In this document: positions 9,548 to 18,595 of the stretch, in pieces
Layout of the letters: the number at the start of each line of letters is the position of its first letter
Numbering within the stretch: position 1 is the first letter of the stretch
IMG/VR virus record: IMGVR_UViG_2775507110_000002
Strand: one strand, 5' to 3'
Length of the DNA: 64,000 bases
Source: an uncultured virus (IMG/VR IMGVR_UViG_2775507110_000002)
Taxonomy: Duplodnaviria; Heunggongvirae; Uroviricota; Caudoviricetes
Program-made: the position numbers and the translations under genes
Notes under the pieces: generated by a model
Database searches by the model: none
What the model saw: the letters and a program-made list of their open reading frames with translations, nothing else
Told to the model about the DNA's origin: nothing

Positions 9548-10117
9548 TCAGAGCGGAGCGCCTCGCAGCTCGACGAGCCGGGCTCGCCCCTTGTCGGTGA
9601 GCCAGCTGGTGCGGAGGCTGACACCGCACTCCAGGTGCCCGCGGTCGTCCTCCCGCTCGTAGGCCGCGGTGACGACCTTCTCTGGGTACACCGTGCACAG
9701 CGTCCACCACGCCCCCGGGATCTCCCACCGGTACTTCCCGGGCGGGACAGGGCGTGTGCGGTGGTCGTGGATGGCTTGGAGGAGAGCAAGGGTGGTGATG
9801 TCGGCGCGCTTCGGCCGCGGGGGCGGGGCGTTCAGGGGGACGCGGCGGATTTCGGTGGCGGCCTCGGTGGGGTTGTCCGGGTCGACGTACCGGTGGCCCT
9901 CGCCGTTGCGGAGGAACTCGGTGTACTCGATCAACTGGGTGCCGTCGACCGTGGTGACGATGCTGATCGGGTCGAGGGCAACGTTGCTGGGGTCGATGCC
10001 GTGCTCGCGCACCCACGCCTGGAGCTTGGCGTTGCGTGGGGCGCCAAGCAGGTAGGGCCAGGTCTCGGGGGTGGCGAGGAGGGCCTGGATGTCGGCGGGT
10101 TCCGGGGCGGGGGTCAC
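9548..10117 (-). CDS. Hypothetical protein with wHTH-like C-terminus
   Basis: Coupled GTG start; C-terminal LECGVSLRTSWLTDKGRARL. Confidence 0.65.
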   Translation of the reverse strand: MTPAPEPADIQALLATPETWPYLLGAPRNAKLQAWVREHGIDPSNVALDPISIVTTVDGTQLIEYTEFLRNGEGHRYVDPDNPTEAATEIRRVPLNAPPPRPKRADITTLALLQAIHDHRTRPVPPGKYRWEIPGAWWTLCTVYPEKVVTAAYEREDDRGHLECGVSLRTSWLTDKGRARLVELRGAPL

Positions 10118-10518
10118 GTGTCCCCCTCGAGCCCGCCGCGACGCCGGGTCTTGCGCACGATCCGGCCGACCTCCCGGCCGATCTGGGCGGAATCGCCGGA
10201 CGCCTCGACCTGGACCTCGCGCTGGGCTTCTTCGAAGGGGATGGCGCACTCGAGGACGTGCCACACCAGGGTTCCGCCTGGGGCGATGACCGTGCCCATG
10301 TGCCAGGTGCCGACCGGCATGGGGTGCCCGGTGCCGACGACGGTGAACTCGCGGACGAGCGCGATGGAATCGGTCGGGGCACAGGCCCAGAACTCGACTA
10401 CGCCGTCCTGGCGGCACGCGAAGTACAGGGGCCCCTGGCCGATGGTGAACCGGTGGTTCTGGTCGTCAACGGGGATCTCGTAGCGGTGGATGACCTCGGG
10501 CTGGGCTGCGGTGCTCAT
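10114..10518 (-). CDS. Phage hypothetical protein
   Basis: IHRYEIPV...VEFWA...FTVVGTGHP...LVWHV; coupled to neighbours. Confidence 0.7.
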   Translation of the reverse strand: MSTAAQPEVIHRYEIPVDDQNHRFTIGQGPLYFACRQDGVVEFWACAPTDSIALVREFTVVGTGHPMPVGTWHMGTVIAPGGTLVWHVLECAIPFEEAQREVQVEASGDSAQIGREVGRIVRKTRRRGGLEGDT

Positions 10519-11012
10519 GCCTTCTCCACTTCGCCCGGCTGCGGCACGCTCTTGGAGTGGTGGAGCGGGGTGGTGGCGATGTCCCCGGCGGCCTGCTGCT
10601 CGGACAGGAGGTAGTACGTCTTCCCGCCGTCCGTGGAGAACGCCTCGCTGTTCCGGCGGGACTGCCACAGGGGAGTCGAGGTCATGCCTTCGGCGTACCG
10701 GTCGATCCACTCGCCAGGGTCGTCGGTGAGGTCGGTGAGGGGCTGGAACCGCAGGAGGCGTTCGAGGTAGGCGATGGCGTGTGGTGCGCTTCCGCCGCTG
10801 TGTCCCATGTCGGCGAAGGCTTGGACGACCTTGCAGAGGCCGCGGATGGTGTCGGGGTCTTCGCCGAGGATGCGGAGTTCGCGGCGTGCGTGGGCGACGA
10901 GGTTGGACTCGGTGGCGCGCGGGGTGGTGCTGCGGCGTCGGGACGGGCCGGGGGTCGGTTCGAGGGCTCCGGTGATGGCGGGAGCGTCGTCGTTGCTGAG
11001 GGAAGGGCTCAT
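10515..11012 (-). CDS. Phage hypothetical protein
   Basis: GHSGGSA...PLTDLTDDPGEW...LWQSRR motif. Confidence 0.75.
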   Translation of the reverse strand: MSPSLSNDDAPAITGALEPTPGPSRRRSTTPRATESNLVAHARRELRILGEDPDTIRGLCKVVQAFADMGHSGGSAPHAIAYLERLLRFQPLTDLTDDPGEWIDRYAEGMTSTPLWQSRRNSEAFSTDGGKTYYLLSEQQAAGDIATTPLHHSKSVPQPGEVEKA

Positions 11013-11088
11013 ACATCCATGCTGGGCCCGGTGAGGCGTTTCGTTGCCCCCGGTCGGGTGCGGGCCGACGCGGGGGCGCAGTGGCGGG

Positions 11089-12138
11089 TTAGGCGTGCCA
11101 GGTGCCGCGGAGGGCGGCGGTGTTGAACCCGGGCCCGTAGGCGACCATCACGCCGCGCGACCCGGGCGTGGGTGGCTCCGCGTGGGTGCGTTCCAGGATC
11201 CGGAGGACGGACGGCCCGCCGAGGTTGCCTTCCTGCTCCAGGGTGTCGGTGGAGTGCCGGGTGTCGTGGGCGTCGAGGCCGAGGGCGCGGGCGGTGTCGT
11301 TGATGATGCGCTGCGATCCGGGGTGGATGATCCCGAAGTCGACGAGCTCGGGGCCGAGCCACTTGAGGAGGTCGGGGAGGACGTCGTCGGCGGCGGTGAG
11401 CGCGGCTTTGGTGCTGTCGAAGTGGAAGCCGGTGTGGTCGACCCTGCCGTTGTAGCGGGTGAGGCTGTCGGGCAGGACGTGCTCGTAGGTGTCGTCGGGG
11501 GTGGCGATGTGGAGGCCGGGGCCGCGGGGGGTGCTGGTGACGATGGTGGCGGCTGCGCTGTCTCCGAACAGTGCCTTGTAGATCATGTGCTCGACTGCGT
11601 CGTCCTGGTGGTTGTAGACGGCGGAGATGACCTCGGCGGCGACGACGAGGACGGTGGAGCCGGGGCGGGCGCCGACCATGTCCACGGCGCGGATCAGGGC
11701 TTGGGTGCCGCCGGCGCAGGCGAGGGTGGTCAGGGCGATGCGCCGAACGTCGGGGCGTAGGCCCAGCTTCTCGACGAGGTGGATGTCGAGGTTGGGGACG
11801 GCCCAGCCGGTGGAGTGGGTGGTGATGATGGCGTCCACGTCGACCGGGGTCAGGTGGTGGAGGGTGAGGGTGCGCCGTGCTGCTTGCGCGGCGAGGTCGA
11901 GGGCGTCGCCGAAGGCGGTGGCCGCGCGGTCGCTGACGCCGGCGTCACCGGAGATGGTGGGGGCGTCGAGGGGGCGGGTGAAGTGCCGGGTCTGCACTCC
12001 GGTGTTCCCGACGATGCGGAGGATCGCCGAAAGCTTGGGGTGGTCGGGGTGGTGGTGGCGGATGTCGTCGGCGATCTCGGTGGTGGTGATTTGGTGGGTG
12101 GGGAACACGGTGGCGGGTTGGGCTATGTAGGCGGGCAC
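11089..12138 (-). CDS. Type III polyketide synthase (chalcone synthase-like)
   Basis: Cys (LACAGG), His (IIHPGS), Asn (GNLGG) triad, ALFGD and AYGPGF motifs; GGAGG RBS. Confidence 0.93.
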   Translation of the reverse strand: MPAYIAQPATVFPTHQITTTEIADDIRHHHPDHPKLSAILRIVGNTGVQTRHFTRPLDAPTISGDAGVSDRAATAFGDALDLAAQAARRTLTLHHLTPVDVDAIITTHSTGWAVPNLDIHLVEKLGLRPDVRRIALTTLACAGGTQALIRAVDMVGARPGSTVLVVAAEVISAVYNHQDDAVEHMIYKALFGDSAAATIVTSTPRGPGLHIATPDDTYEHVLPDSLTRYNGRVDHTGFHFDSTKAALTAADDVLPDLLKWLGPELVDFGIIHPGSQRIINDTARALGLDAHDTRHSTDTLEQEGNLGGPSVLRILERTHAEPPTPGSRGVMVAYGPGFNTAALRGTWHA

Positions 12139-12401
12139 GACATCCTCCGGCAGGCCTGGGCGGCTGTGTCACGCCAACCTAAGGCACGGCGGGTCGGGTA
12201 TTGCCCCTGATCAGAGGGGGTGTAAACGGGGCGTGCGGTCTGGTTCCGGTTGTTGGGGCGGGTGTGACCGGTGGTACCGGTGGTGTGGTTCCTGCGGTTC
12301 CCAGGGGTGGTTTCGGGCCCGGGGCGGGGGCATGGGTGAGGCCACCTGCGCGATGGGGGAGGTGCGTGCAGGTGGCCTCGGCCGGGGGGTGTGCTGGTTC
12401 G

Positions 12402-13238
12402 TCAGGTGGAGTCGGCGCGGAGGACGGGGGTGCGGGCGTGGGCCCTGGACTCCCCGGGGTGGAAGACAAGCACGATGAGGCGGGCCCCTGGGGCGGTCAT
12501 CGGCTGCGCCGCGCACATCGTGACCCACCCGGGGCCATCTTCGGCGTGGAGGAGGGGCCGTTCGTCACCGTCGGGGTGGATGTGGGCCACGGCACCGGTC
12601 CAGACGGGGGCGCAGTCCGGGTCGGCGAGGACATCCTGCTCGAGGCGGCGGAGGATCGGGTCGTCGGGTCGTGAGGCGAGGGCGGCGCGGAGTTGGGGGA
12701 GGACGAGGGGCGCCCAGGCGGTGTGCCAGTTGGTGAGCATGTGTCGGCCGCCTTCCTCGAGGACCATCCACCGCATGGTGTTGCGGGGGACAGCGCCGCG
12801 GGGGAAAAGGCGGGCGAACTCGGCGTTGTGGGCTATGAGCTCCCAGGAGGCGTCGGTGACGTACGCGGGGTGCAGCATGCCGTCGACAGCTTCCTGCCAG
12901 ACGCCAGGGACCTCTTTGCCGGAGCGGGGGGTGAGGGGCCCCGGGGGGTCGCCGATGCCCGCGTACCGGCAGAGGCTGGTCCACTCCTGTTCGTTGAGCC
13001 CTAGGAGGGTGGCGACGGTTCGGAGGTAGTCGCCCGGGGGGTTGGCCCAGACTCCCGACTCCAGGCGCTGGTATGTGCCTTCTGACCGGTTGGTCAGGGT
13101 GTCGATTTGTTGCTGTGTCAGCCCGGGGGCTCGTCGGCCTTGCTTGGTGGGGCGTATGAACCCGTGCCCTTGGGGGTCGATGAGTGCTCGACGCTCCGTC
13201 AGGAGTTTACGAAGGGGACCCTTACTTGCCTTGCTCAT
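12402..13238 (-). CDS. MmyB-like regulator (XRE HTH plus PAS-like ligand domain)
   Basis: RRAPGLTQQQID...TYQRLESG N-terminus; PAYVTDASWELIAHN...LF...NTMRW C-terminal domain. Confidence 0.88.
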   Translation of the reverse strand: MSKASKGPLRKLLTERRALIDPQGHGFIRPTKQGRRAPGLTQQQIDTLTNRSEGTYQRLESGVWANPPGDYLRTVATLLGLNEQEWTSLCRYAGIGDPPGPLTPRSGKEVPGVWQEAVDGMLHPAYVTDASWELIAHNAEFARLFPRGAVPRNTMRWMVLEEGGRHMLTNWHTAWAPLVLPQLRAALASRPDDPILRRLEQDVLADPDCAPVWTGAVAHIHPDGDERPLLHAEDGPGWVTMCAAQPMTAPGARLIVLVFHPGESRAHARTPVLRADST

Positions 13239-13613
13239 GCGGTTGATTTCCCCCGAGTGTATGAGGCATCCGGTGCGGTGAAAGCCTAGTTGCGCTCCCC
13301 GCTTTTAACACTGAAAAGTTTCCCTACAAAACCGCCGGTTTCCCCGCGATGCTGGTCCCGTGCCCCGCTGGCCTGCGGATCTTCGCAGCGTCCTGGGCGG
13401 GTGGGGTATGTGTGGGATTCCCGACCGAACCGTGAACAGTGTTCGGTCTCGGTGTCGCAGCCGGGAATTCCCACTACCTGTCCGGAACGTGGCGGGGAGT
13501 TTCTGGAACGCTTGGGCGTATCGCAGCGCGCCAAGTGTTCGAGGGCTTCCCGCCATTTCTCTGATCCCCTATCAGGGGTTGGGGCGGGGCAGGGTCGAAG
13601 GCGCGGCCGGTGC

Positions 13614-14039
13614 TCAGATGCCGGCCGCGCCTTCGCTGCGCCCGGGGGCGGCCGGTGGGTTGAGTGCGGCGCGGATGAGGTGGGCGCAGCACGACCCGAC
13701 GGGCCCGGCGTCGACGGCCTGGCGGACACGGGCCAAGGTGGCCTCGGCCTGCTGGACGGCGGGGATGAGCTGCTTGACGTGCCGCAGGTTGCCTTTGGCG
13801 ACGGCGTCGGAGGTGTCCGCGCGGCGGGCCAGTTCCTCGATGGCGGGGGCGAGCCGGGGCCAGGATTCCCCGCCGTGGGCTTCGTTGATCCCGGCGGCCT
13901 CCAACGCGTCGCGGGCTTCCTCCAGGAGCGCGGACCGTTCGCGGGCCCCGTTCTCCAGGAGGTCGAGCCGGTCGTACAGGGTGTCGAGGGCGTCGCTGGT
14001 GAGGTCGTCGAGCGGGATGCGCTCGGGCTGGGTGGTCAC
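13614..14039 (-). CDS. Hypothetical coiled-coil protein
   Basis: IPLDDLTSDALDTLY; coupled GTG start. Confidence 0.65.
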   Translation of the reverse strand: MTTQPERIPLDDLTSDALDTLYDRLDLLENGARERSALLEEARDALEAAGINEAHGGESWPRLAPAIEELARRADTSDAVAKGNLRHVKQLIPAVQQAEATLARVRQAVDAGPVGSCCAHLIRAALNPPAAPGRSEGAAGI

Positions 14040-14209
14040 CGGGCCCCCTCGGTGGCGGGGCGGCGTTCCAGGAGGGTGCTGGCGGCGTCGGGTTCGGGGC
14101 ATTCGATGCGGGCGCAGGTGACGTAGCCGCCGGAGCCGAGGAACAGGGACTCGCGGTGGCAGGCGGGGCAGTGGCCTTGGACTGTGGGGAAGCCGGTCTG
14201 TTCGGCCAT
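14036..14209 (-). CDS. Small zinc-ribbon protein
   Basis: GAAAGGA RBS; VQGHCPAC...GYVTCARIECP. Confidence 0.7.
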   Translation of the reverse strand: MAEQTGFPTVQGHCPACHRESLFLGSGGYVTCARIECPEPDAASTLLERRPATEGAR

Positions 14210-14268
14210 GGCGTGGTCCTTTCGGGGTTGGTGGCCGCCCTGGGGTGGGGCGGCCACACAGCAGACGG

Positions 14269-14607
14269 TCAGGCGGCGGCGTCGGTGGGCGGCTTGGGCC
14301 ACCGCTTCCGGCAGGCCGCCTTGTTCGTGCACACGGTGATCGGGGCAATCTCCGGGGCCTCCAGCACGGTGAAGGACCGCTTGCCGATCCGGCCGCACTG
14401 GTCGCAGTGGCGGACGTAGACGTCGCGGGCGTGGCTGCCGGAGGCGGGGCCGACGTAGCCGAGCTGGTGCATCTGGTCCATGAGGTCGCTGGCCTCGCGG
14501 AAGCCGATCCGCATCCACCGCTGGAGGGCGGACGCCGCACCATGCTGATGAGTAGCGACGAGTTCGATGGCCCGCTCCAGCGGCGGGTCGGTAACGGGCG
14601 TGGTCAT
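14269..14607 (-). CDS. Stand-alone FtsK gamma-domain protein with zinc ribbon
   Basis: AIELV...AASALQRWMRIGFREASDLMDQMHQLGYVGPASGSHARDV; CDQC...CTNKAAC. Confidence 0.85.
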   Translation of the reverse strand: MTTPVTDPPLERAIELVATHQHGAASALQRWMRIGFREASDLMDQMHQLGYVGPASGSHARDVYVRHCDQCGRIGKRSFTVLEAPEIAPITVCTNKAACRKRWPKPPTDAAA

Positions 14608-14655
14608 GTGGTGTCTCCTCGGTGGGCCGGGATCACCCGGCAGCAGGGGCGGGGG

Positions 14656-15447
14656 TCAGGCGGCCAGTGCGTCGGTGAAGCACCCGCAGCCGCCCTCGTC
14701 GAACAGGTCGAGCTGGTCGGGCTGCTCATCGATGCGCTGCCGCAGGGCGGTGAGGGTGAGGGGCTTGGTGTCGCCACCGGTCCGGTCGCGAAGAATCGAT
14801 ACGTCCTTGCCGAGGAGGTCACGCATCTTGACCTCGGCGCGCTCGGCGCGGGCGTACCGCTCGGGAAAGACGTCCAGGAGCCGCGCCCACTGGGCCTGGC
14901 CGCCCTTGACGCAGGCGCCGCCGCAGTTGTTGTGCGCGAAGCCGAGGCGGTAGAGCCGGGGATCGACCAGGCCAGCAGCCCTAGCCTCGGCGCGCAGCTG
15001 CTGCTTGTGGCGGATCGGCGGCCGGGTGAGGGGGGCGTCGACTGTCCAGGGGGCCCAGCCCTTGACGATGCCGGGCATGCGCTCTTCCTCGCTCCAGTCG
15101 ATCCCGACGTACAGGGTCGTGCTGGCCGGGTCGGTGTTCTCGACCAGCCACCGGCGGCACGGCTCCTGCTTGAGGGCGTGGGAGCACTGGGCGATGCGGG
15201 TGTTGCCGAGCCACCGCTTGTCCTCGAACACCTGCCACGGGTCGCGGCCGTCGGCGACGCGGGTGATCGGCAGCCCGAGCTGGGCGGCGGCCTGCTCGTT
15301 GAACGCGTAGAGGTCTTCGTCCTCGACCAGGGTGTCGGCGAACAGCAGGGTGGTGCTGGCCGTGCCGTGTTCGGCGACGACGTGGCGGGCGGTGGCCCAG
15401 CTGGTGATGCCGCCGGACCACATGACGACGTGCTGGTGCTGGGTCAT
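14656..15447 (-). CDS. PAPS reductase-like / PP-loop protein
   Basis: VVMWSGGITS, LFADT, CSHALK, HNNCGGACVKGG, GCGCF. Confidence 0.8.
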   Translation of the reverse strand: MTQHQHVVMWSGGITSWATARHVVAEHGTASTTLLFADTLVEDEDLYAFNEQAAAQLGLPITRVADGRDPWQVFEDKRWLGNTRIAQCSHALKQEPCRRWLVENTDPASTTLYVGIDWSEEERMPGIVKGWAPWTVDAPLTRPPIRHKQQLRAEARAAGLVDPRLYRLGFAHNNCGGACVKGGQAQWARLLDVFPERYARAERAEVKMRDLLGKDVSILRDRTGGDTKPLTLTALRQRIDEQPDQLDLFDEGGCGCFTDALAA

Positions 15448-16376
15448 CGTGTGGGCTCCTCGGGCGCGGCAGGGGCAGCGGGCTCCGGCTCGACGGTGTA
15501 CGTGGTGGTCTTCCGGACGGTGCGGGTCTCGGCGTCCGGGTGGCGGCGGGTGACGCTCGCCCGGCGCCGGACCGCGACGGCAGGGTCGGCGTGTGCCCCG
15601 AGGTACTCCCAAGCGCCGTCGAGCTCTTGGACCTCGGCGATGTACTCGACGGACGGCGGGTGCGCCTCGGTCGTGGTGGTCTGCTGCACCCCGGCGGCAG
15701 CCTCACCGGCCAGACGGCGCAGGTGGTCGGCGACGCGGAGAATGCCGACGTTCTCGGAAACCTGCGCGGCATTTCGGGCGAGGCTGGGCGAGTTGAACTC
15801 GCGGAGGGACTCGGCGATGTCGGCGGCTTCGCGGAGCGCGGCGGCCCGGTCGGCAGGCGCAGGCGGGGCAGCGGCAGGGCGCGCGTCCAGGCAGCGCGTG
15901 TCCGCCCCGGGGCTGTGGATCCACCCGGGCCCGCCAGGGTGGGTCATCCACTCGATGGGGTCTCCGCAGACGCAACGGCGGTTGGCCTCGGCCGCGCTGG
16001 TGCCGAGGAGTTGCCGGGCCACCACCAGGGCAGGGCACGGCAGGTTCAGTCGGTTGCGGCTGGGGATGCAGTAGCCGCATTCGGTGTCGGGCAGGTGCCG
16101 GGTCGCTGAGTCCTTCAGCCAGTCGGCCACAGCGAGACCGACCACGGGGTGCATCAGGGCGATGTACGGCAGGTCGGCGCGCTCGGCCGGGTGGTCCGTG
16201 TCGCTCCGGTCGGCGACGATCATCCCGTCGGCGCAGCGGACGACGTGCTCGTCGGTCACCGTCCACGGGCCGGGCGAGGCACGGTGTGCGCGGGCGGCCT
16301 CCTCCCGCAGCTTCTCGGCGGCGGCGCGCAGCTGGTCGGCGGGGCGGTCAGCGGGGGTGGGTGAGGTGGGCATCAA
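15444..16376 (-). CDS. Mosaic phage hypothetical protein
   Basis: LRAAAEKLR, PGPW, YIALMHP, AALREAAD segments. Confidence 0.7.
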   Translation of the reverse strand: MMPTSPTPADRPADQLRAAAEKLREEAARAHRASPGPWTVTDEHVVRCADGMIVADRSDTDHPAERADLPYIALMHPVVGLAVADWLKDSATRHLPDTECGYCIPSRNRLNLPCPALVVARQLLGTSAAEANRRCVCGDPIEWMTHPGGPGWIHSPGADTRCLDARPAAAPPAPADRAAALREAADIAESLREFNSPSLARNAAQVSENVGILRVADHLRRLAGEAAAGVQQTTTTEAHPPSVEYIAEVQELDGAWEYLGAHADPAVAVRRRASVTRRHPDAETRTVRKTTTYTVEPEPAAPAAPEEPTR

Positions 16377-16407
16377 CGGCTCCAGTGGTGGTGTGTAGGG
16401 CGGGTGG

Positions 16408-17154
16408 TCATGCGGCGGGCAGAGTCAGCGCGGACAAGCGGAGGGCCGCGGCCTCGCAGTAGCGTTCATCCGCCTCCACGCCGATCGCCCGCCGGCCAGA
16501 CTGGCGAGCCGCGTCGAGGGTGGAGCCGCTGCCAGCGAACGGATCCAGGACCAGGCCGCTGGGCGGGCAGGCATAGGTGACCAGCGGGGCAAGGATGCCG
16601 AGCGGCTTCTCGGTCGGGTGGATCGCGCGTCCGTGCATCGAGTGGACCTTCACCACCGAGCGAGTGAGCCGGTCATGGCCGATGTATCCCTCGTGGCTGC
16701 CAATCTCGCCGGTGTGCTTCGTGCTCGTGCGGCGCGGCACTGCTTTGACGTTGCTGCCGTGGTACGCCTCGCGCGGAACGTCGTGGTGCACGTGCCGCCA
16801 GTCGCCGCGGTACCAGTGGGTGGCGAGTTCGTGGACGCGCTTGAACCGGTCGGTCGCGAACCCGCTGCCGTTGTGCTTCTCCCACACCACGTCCTGCGAC
16901 AGGCGCCAGGCGGCGAACTCGTCACGCTGCTGAAGGAACATCCGCATGCTCCCGAAGCACCACATGCTGCTCGCGTGCGCCGCGGCGGCGGTGGGCCAGC
17001 CGTCGGGCCACCGGTCCCAGGCAAGGCTGGTCTCGGCGTAGGGCGGGTCTGCCACGATCAAATCGGCGGTGACGTCCAGCGCGGGAAGGACCTCGCGCAT
17101 GTCACCGAGGTACAGGTAGATCCCTGCGTCCTCGTCCTTCCAGTACGGATCCAT
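16408..17154 (-). CDS. Beta-class N6-adenine/N4-cytosine DNA methyltransferase
   Basis: DPPY precedes HPTEKP and VLDPFAGSGST. Confidence 0.93.
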   Translation of the reverse strand: MDPYWKDEDAGIYLYLGDMREVLPALDVTADLIVADPPYAETSLAWDRWPDGWPTAAAAHASSMWCFGSMRMFLQQRDEFAAWRLSQDVVWEKHNGSGFATDRFKRVHELATHWYRGDWRHVHHDVPREAYHGSNVKAVPRRTSTKHTGEIGSHEGYIGHDRLTRSVVKVHSMHGRAIHPTEKPLGILAPLVTYACPPSGLVLDPFAGSGSTLDAARQSGRRAIGVEADERYCEAAALRLSALTLPAA

Positions 17155-17268
17155 CAAGAGCTCCAGGTGAGTGCAGGTACGGTGGTCCGGCCGGCTGCCC
17201 CTGCTTTCCTCAGGGGCAGCCGATACTGCGTGGGTCACAGCCCCTCCGCGACGAGCCGGCCGAGCCCG

Positions 17269-17445
17269 TCAGTCGGTGATCGCGTCGAGGGCGAGGCGGA
17301 TTGTGTGCCGGTCGTCCACGGTGGGGCGGTCCACGCCGGCGTGGTCGGCGGCAGCATCCAGGTCGGCGGTCGTGACCTCGCCCGAAACGGTCAGGCCGTG
17401 GTCGGCAAGGGCCTGGGCGGTGCGGTAGGCGTCGTAGGCGGTCAT
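17269..17445 (-). CDS. Small hypothetical protein
   Basis: MTAYDAY..., TGATG coupling to upstream 35-aa ORF. Confidence 0.6.
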   Translation of the reverse strand: MTAYDAYRTAQALADHGLTVSGEVTTADLDAAADHAGVDRPTVDDRHTIRLALDAITD

Positions 17446-17552
17446 CACCGGCGGGCTCCCAGGGCGTTGAAGGTGGCGATGATGTCGTCGTTGGTGGCGC
17501 CCAGGTCGGTGGCGGTGTCGATCGCGGGGGCGGGGTTGAGGGTTGTGGTCAC
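17445..17552 (-). CDS. 35-aa peptide
   Basis: GGAG RBS, first ORF below promoter copy 2. Confidence 0.5.
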   Translation of the reverse strand: MTTTLNPAPAIDTATDLGATNDDIIATFNALGARR

Positions 17553-17670
17553 CGGGGGCTCCAGGTGGCGGGGTGGGCTCGCTGGGTTTGCGGGGCCCGG
17601 GGAAGGGGGCTCTTTCAGGGTCAGCCCGTTGGGCCTGTTCACTCCCCCCGGTCCGTGCGGGCAGGGCACC

Positions 17671-17703
17671 ATGATACCGCGAAACGTATTGCATAGCCAT
17701 GCG
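17671..17703 (-). promoter_or_regulatory. Promoter with imperfect palindromic operator (copy 2)
   Basis: TGGCTA-N17-TATCAT on minus strand; CGTATTGC-ata-GCCATGCG. Confidence 0.7.
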
Positions 17704-17849
17704 AATGCGGGGGTGGATGTCCGGGCATGACGAAGCCCCCGACCACACCGGTCAGGGGCTCAGCGCTGCACTACTCCCGCGGTACGCCTACGCGTTGGCG
17801 TCCACGTCCTCGAGCTGGTCGTCGTCCAGCCAGCGGCCGGCCGCGGTGG

Positions 17850-18167
17850 TCAGGCCAGGCGGGCGTTCTCCGCGTGGCTCAGCTGCGACGCCTCCGTACG
17901 GGGCGCGTCCTCGTACCAGCAGAACGGGCGGATCGTCCGGGACGCGGCGAAGGCCCGGGTGGCCGCGCCCACGACACTGCCGGCTTCGATGCGGGCGCCG
18001 TCGATGGAGGCAAGGATCCGGGCCCCGTGGTGCTCGCAGCCGGTGGCGGCGTTCCCGGTGCCGTCGAGGATCGTGACGGCGTCGTGCGGGCCGCGGCAGG
18101 GGGTGGGGTCCTCGATGTGCGCGGCGGTGCAGCGGTCGACTGGCTGCGGTGCGGGGTCCTGGTCCAT
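17850..18167 (-). CDS. Cys/His hypothetical protein
   Basis: RCTAAH.EDPTPC...GCEHHGAR; TAATG coupling. Confidence 0.65.
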   Translation of the reverse strand: MDQDPAPQPVDRCTAAHIEDPTPCRGPHDAVTILDGTGNAATGCEHHGARILASIDGARIEAGSVVGAATRAFAASRTIRPFCWYEDAPRTEASQLSHAENARLA

Positions 18168-18517
18168 TAGCGGCTTTCCTTCGGGGTCCAGTTCACGGAT
18201 GCCATGTGGCCGATTCCGGCGGGCGTCCAGCCGTCCTGCGCGGGAGCCTTCGGGTCGTCCCGGAGAGTGCAGCCCATGGTGGCCAGCCGTTGAGTAGCGG
18301 TGTGCTCGTCGAAGGACTTCCATTCCGGCAGGTCGACGGTGGTCAGGATGGCCATCTTCTCGTCGAGGATGTTGAGCTGCCAGCCGTGCTCGGCGATGCC
18401 GTCGTCGTTGGGGAGGCTGTTGGGGGTGCAGGCGGCAAAGAACTCGGGCACGGGGTTCCCTCCGGGGCGATGGTGGCCGGCGCGGGGCACGTCGACCTTC
18501 TGCGTCCACTGTGGCAT
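18167..18517 (-). CDS. Hypothetical protein
   Basis: ORF coupled to downstream gene; start uncertain. Confidence 0.55.
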   Translation of the reverse strand: MPQWTQKVDVPRAGHHRPGGNPVPEFFAACTPNSLPNDDGIAEHGWQLNILDEKMAILTTVDLPEWKSFDEHTATQRLATMGCTLRDDPKAPAQDGWTPAGIGHMASVNWTPKESR

Positions 18518-18595
18518 CGGGTACTGACAGGCCGGGCGGAAACACGTCACCCCCCACCCGAACCGGGCAGGGGGCGGCGGGTTGGTGCTGTCCGC

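Noticed and set aside
12211..12400. GGTTCC/GGTACC short repeats and a possible peptide between regulator and PKS
   Set aside because: Irregular spacing and no convincing RBS
13434..13444. GAAC-agt-GTTC as a LexA box
   Set aside because: Spacer is 3 nt rather than 4
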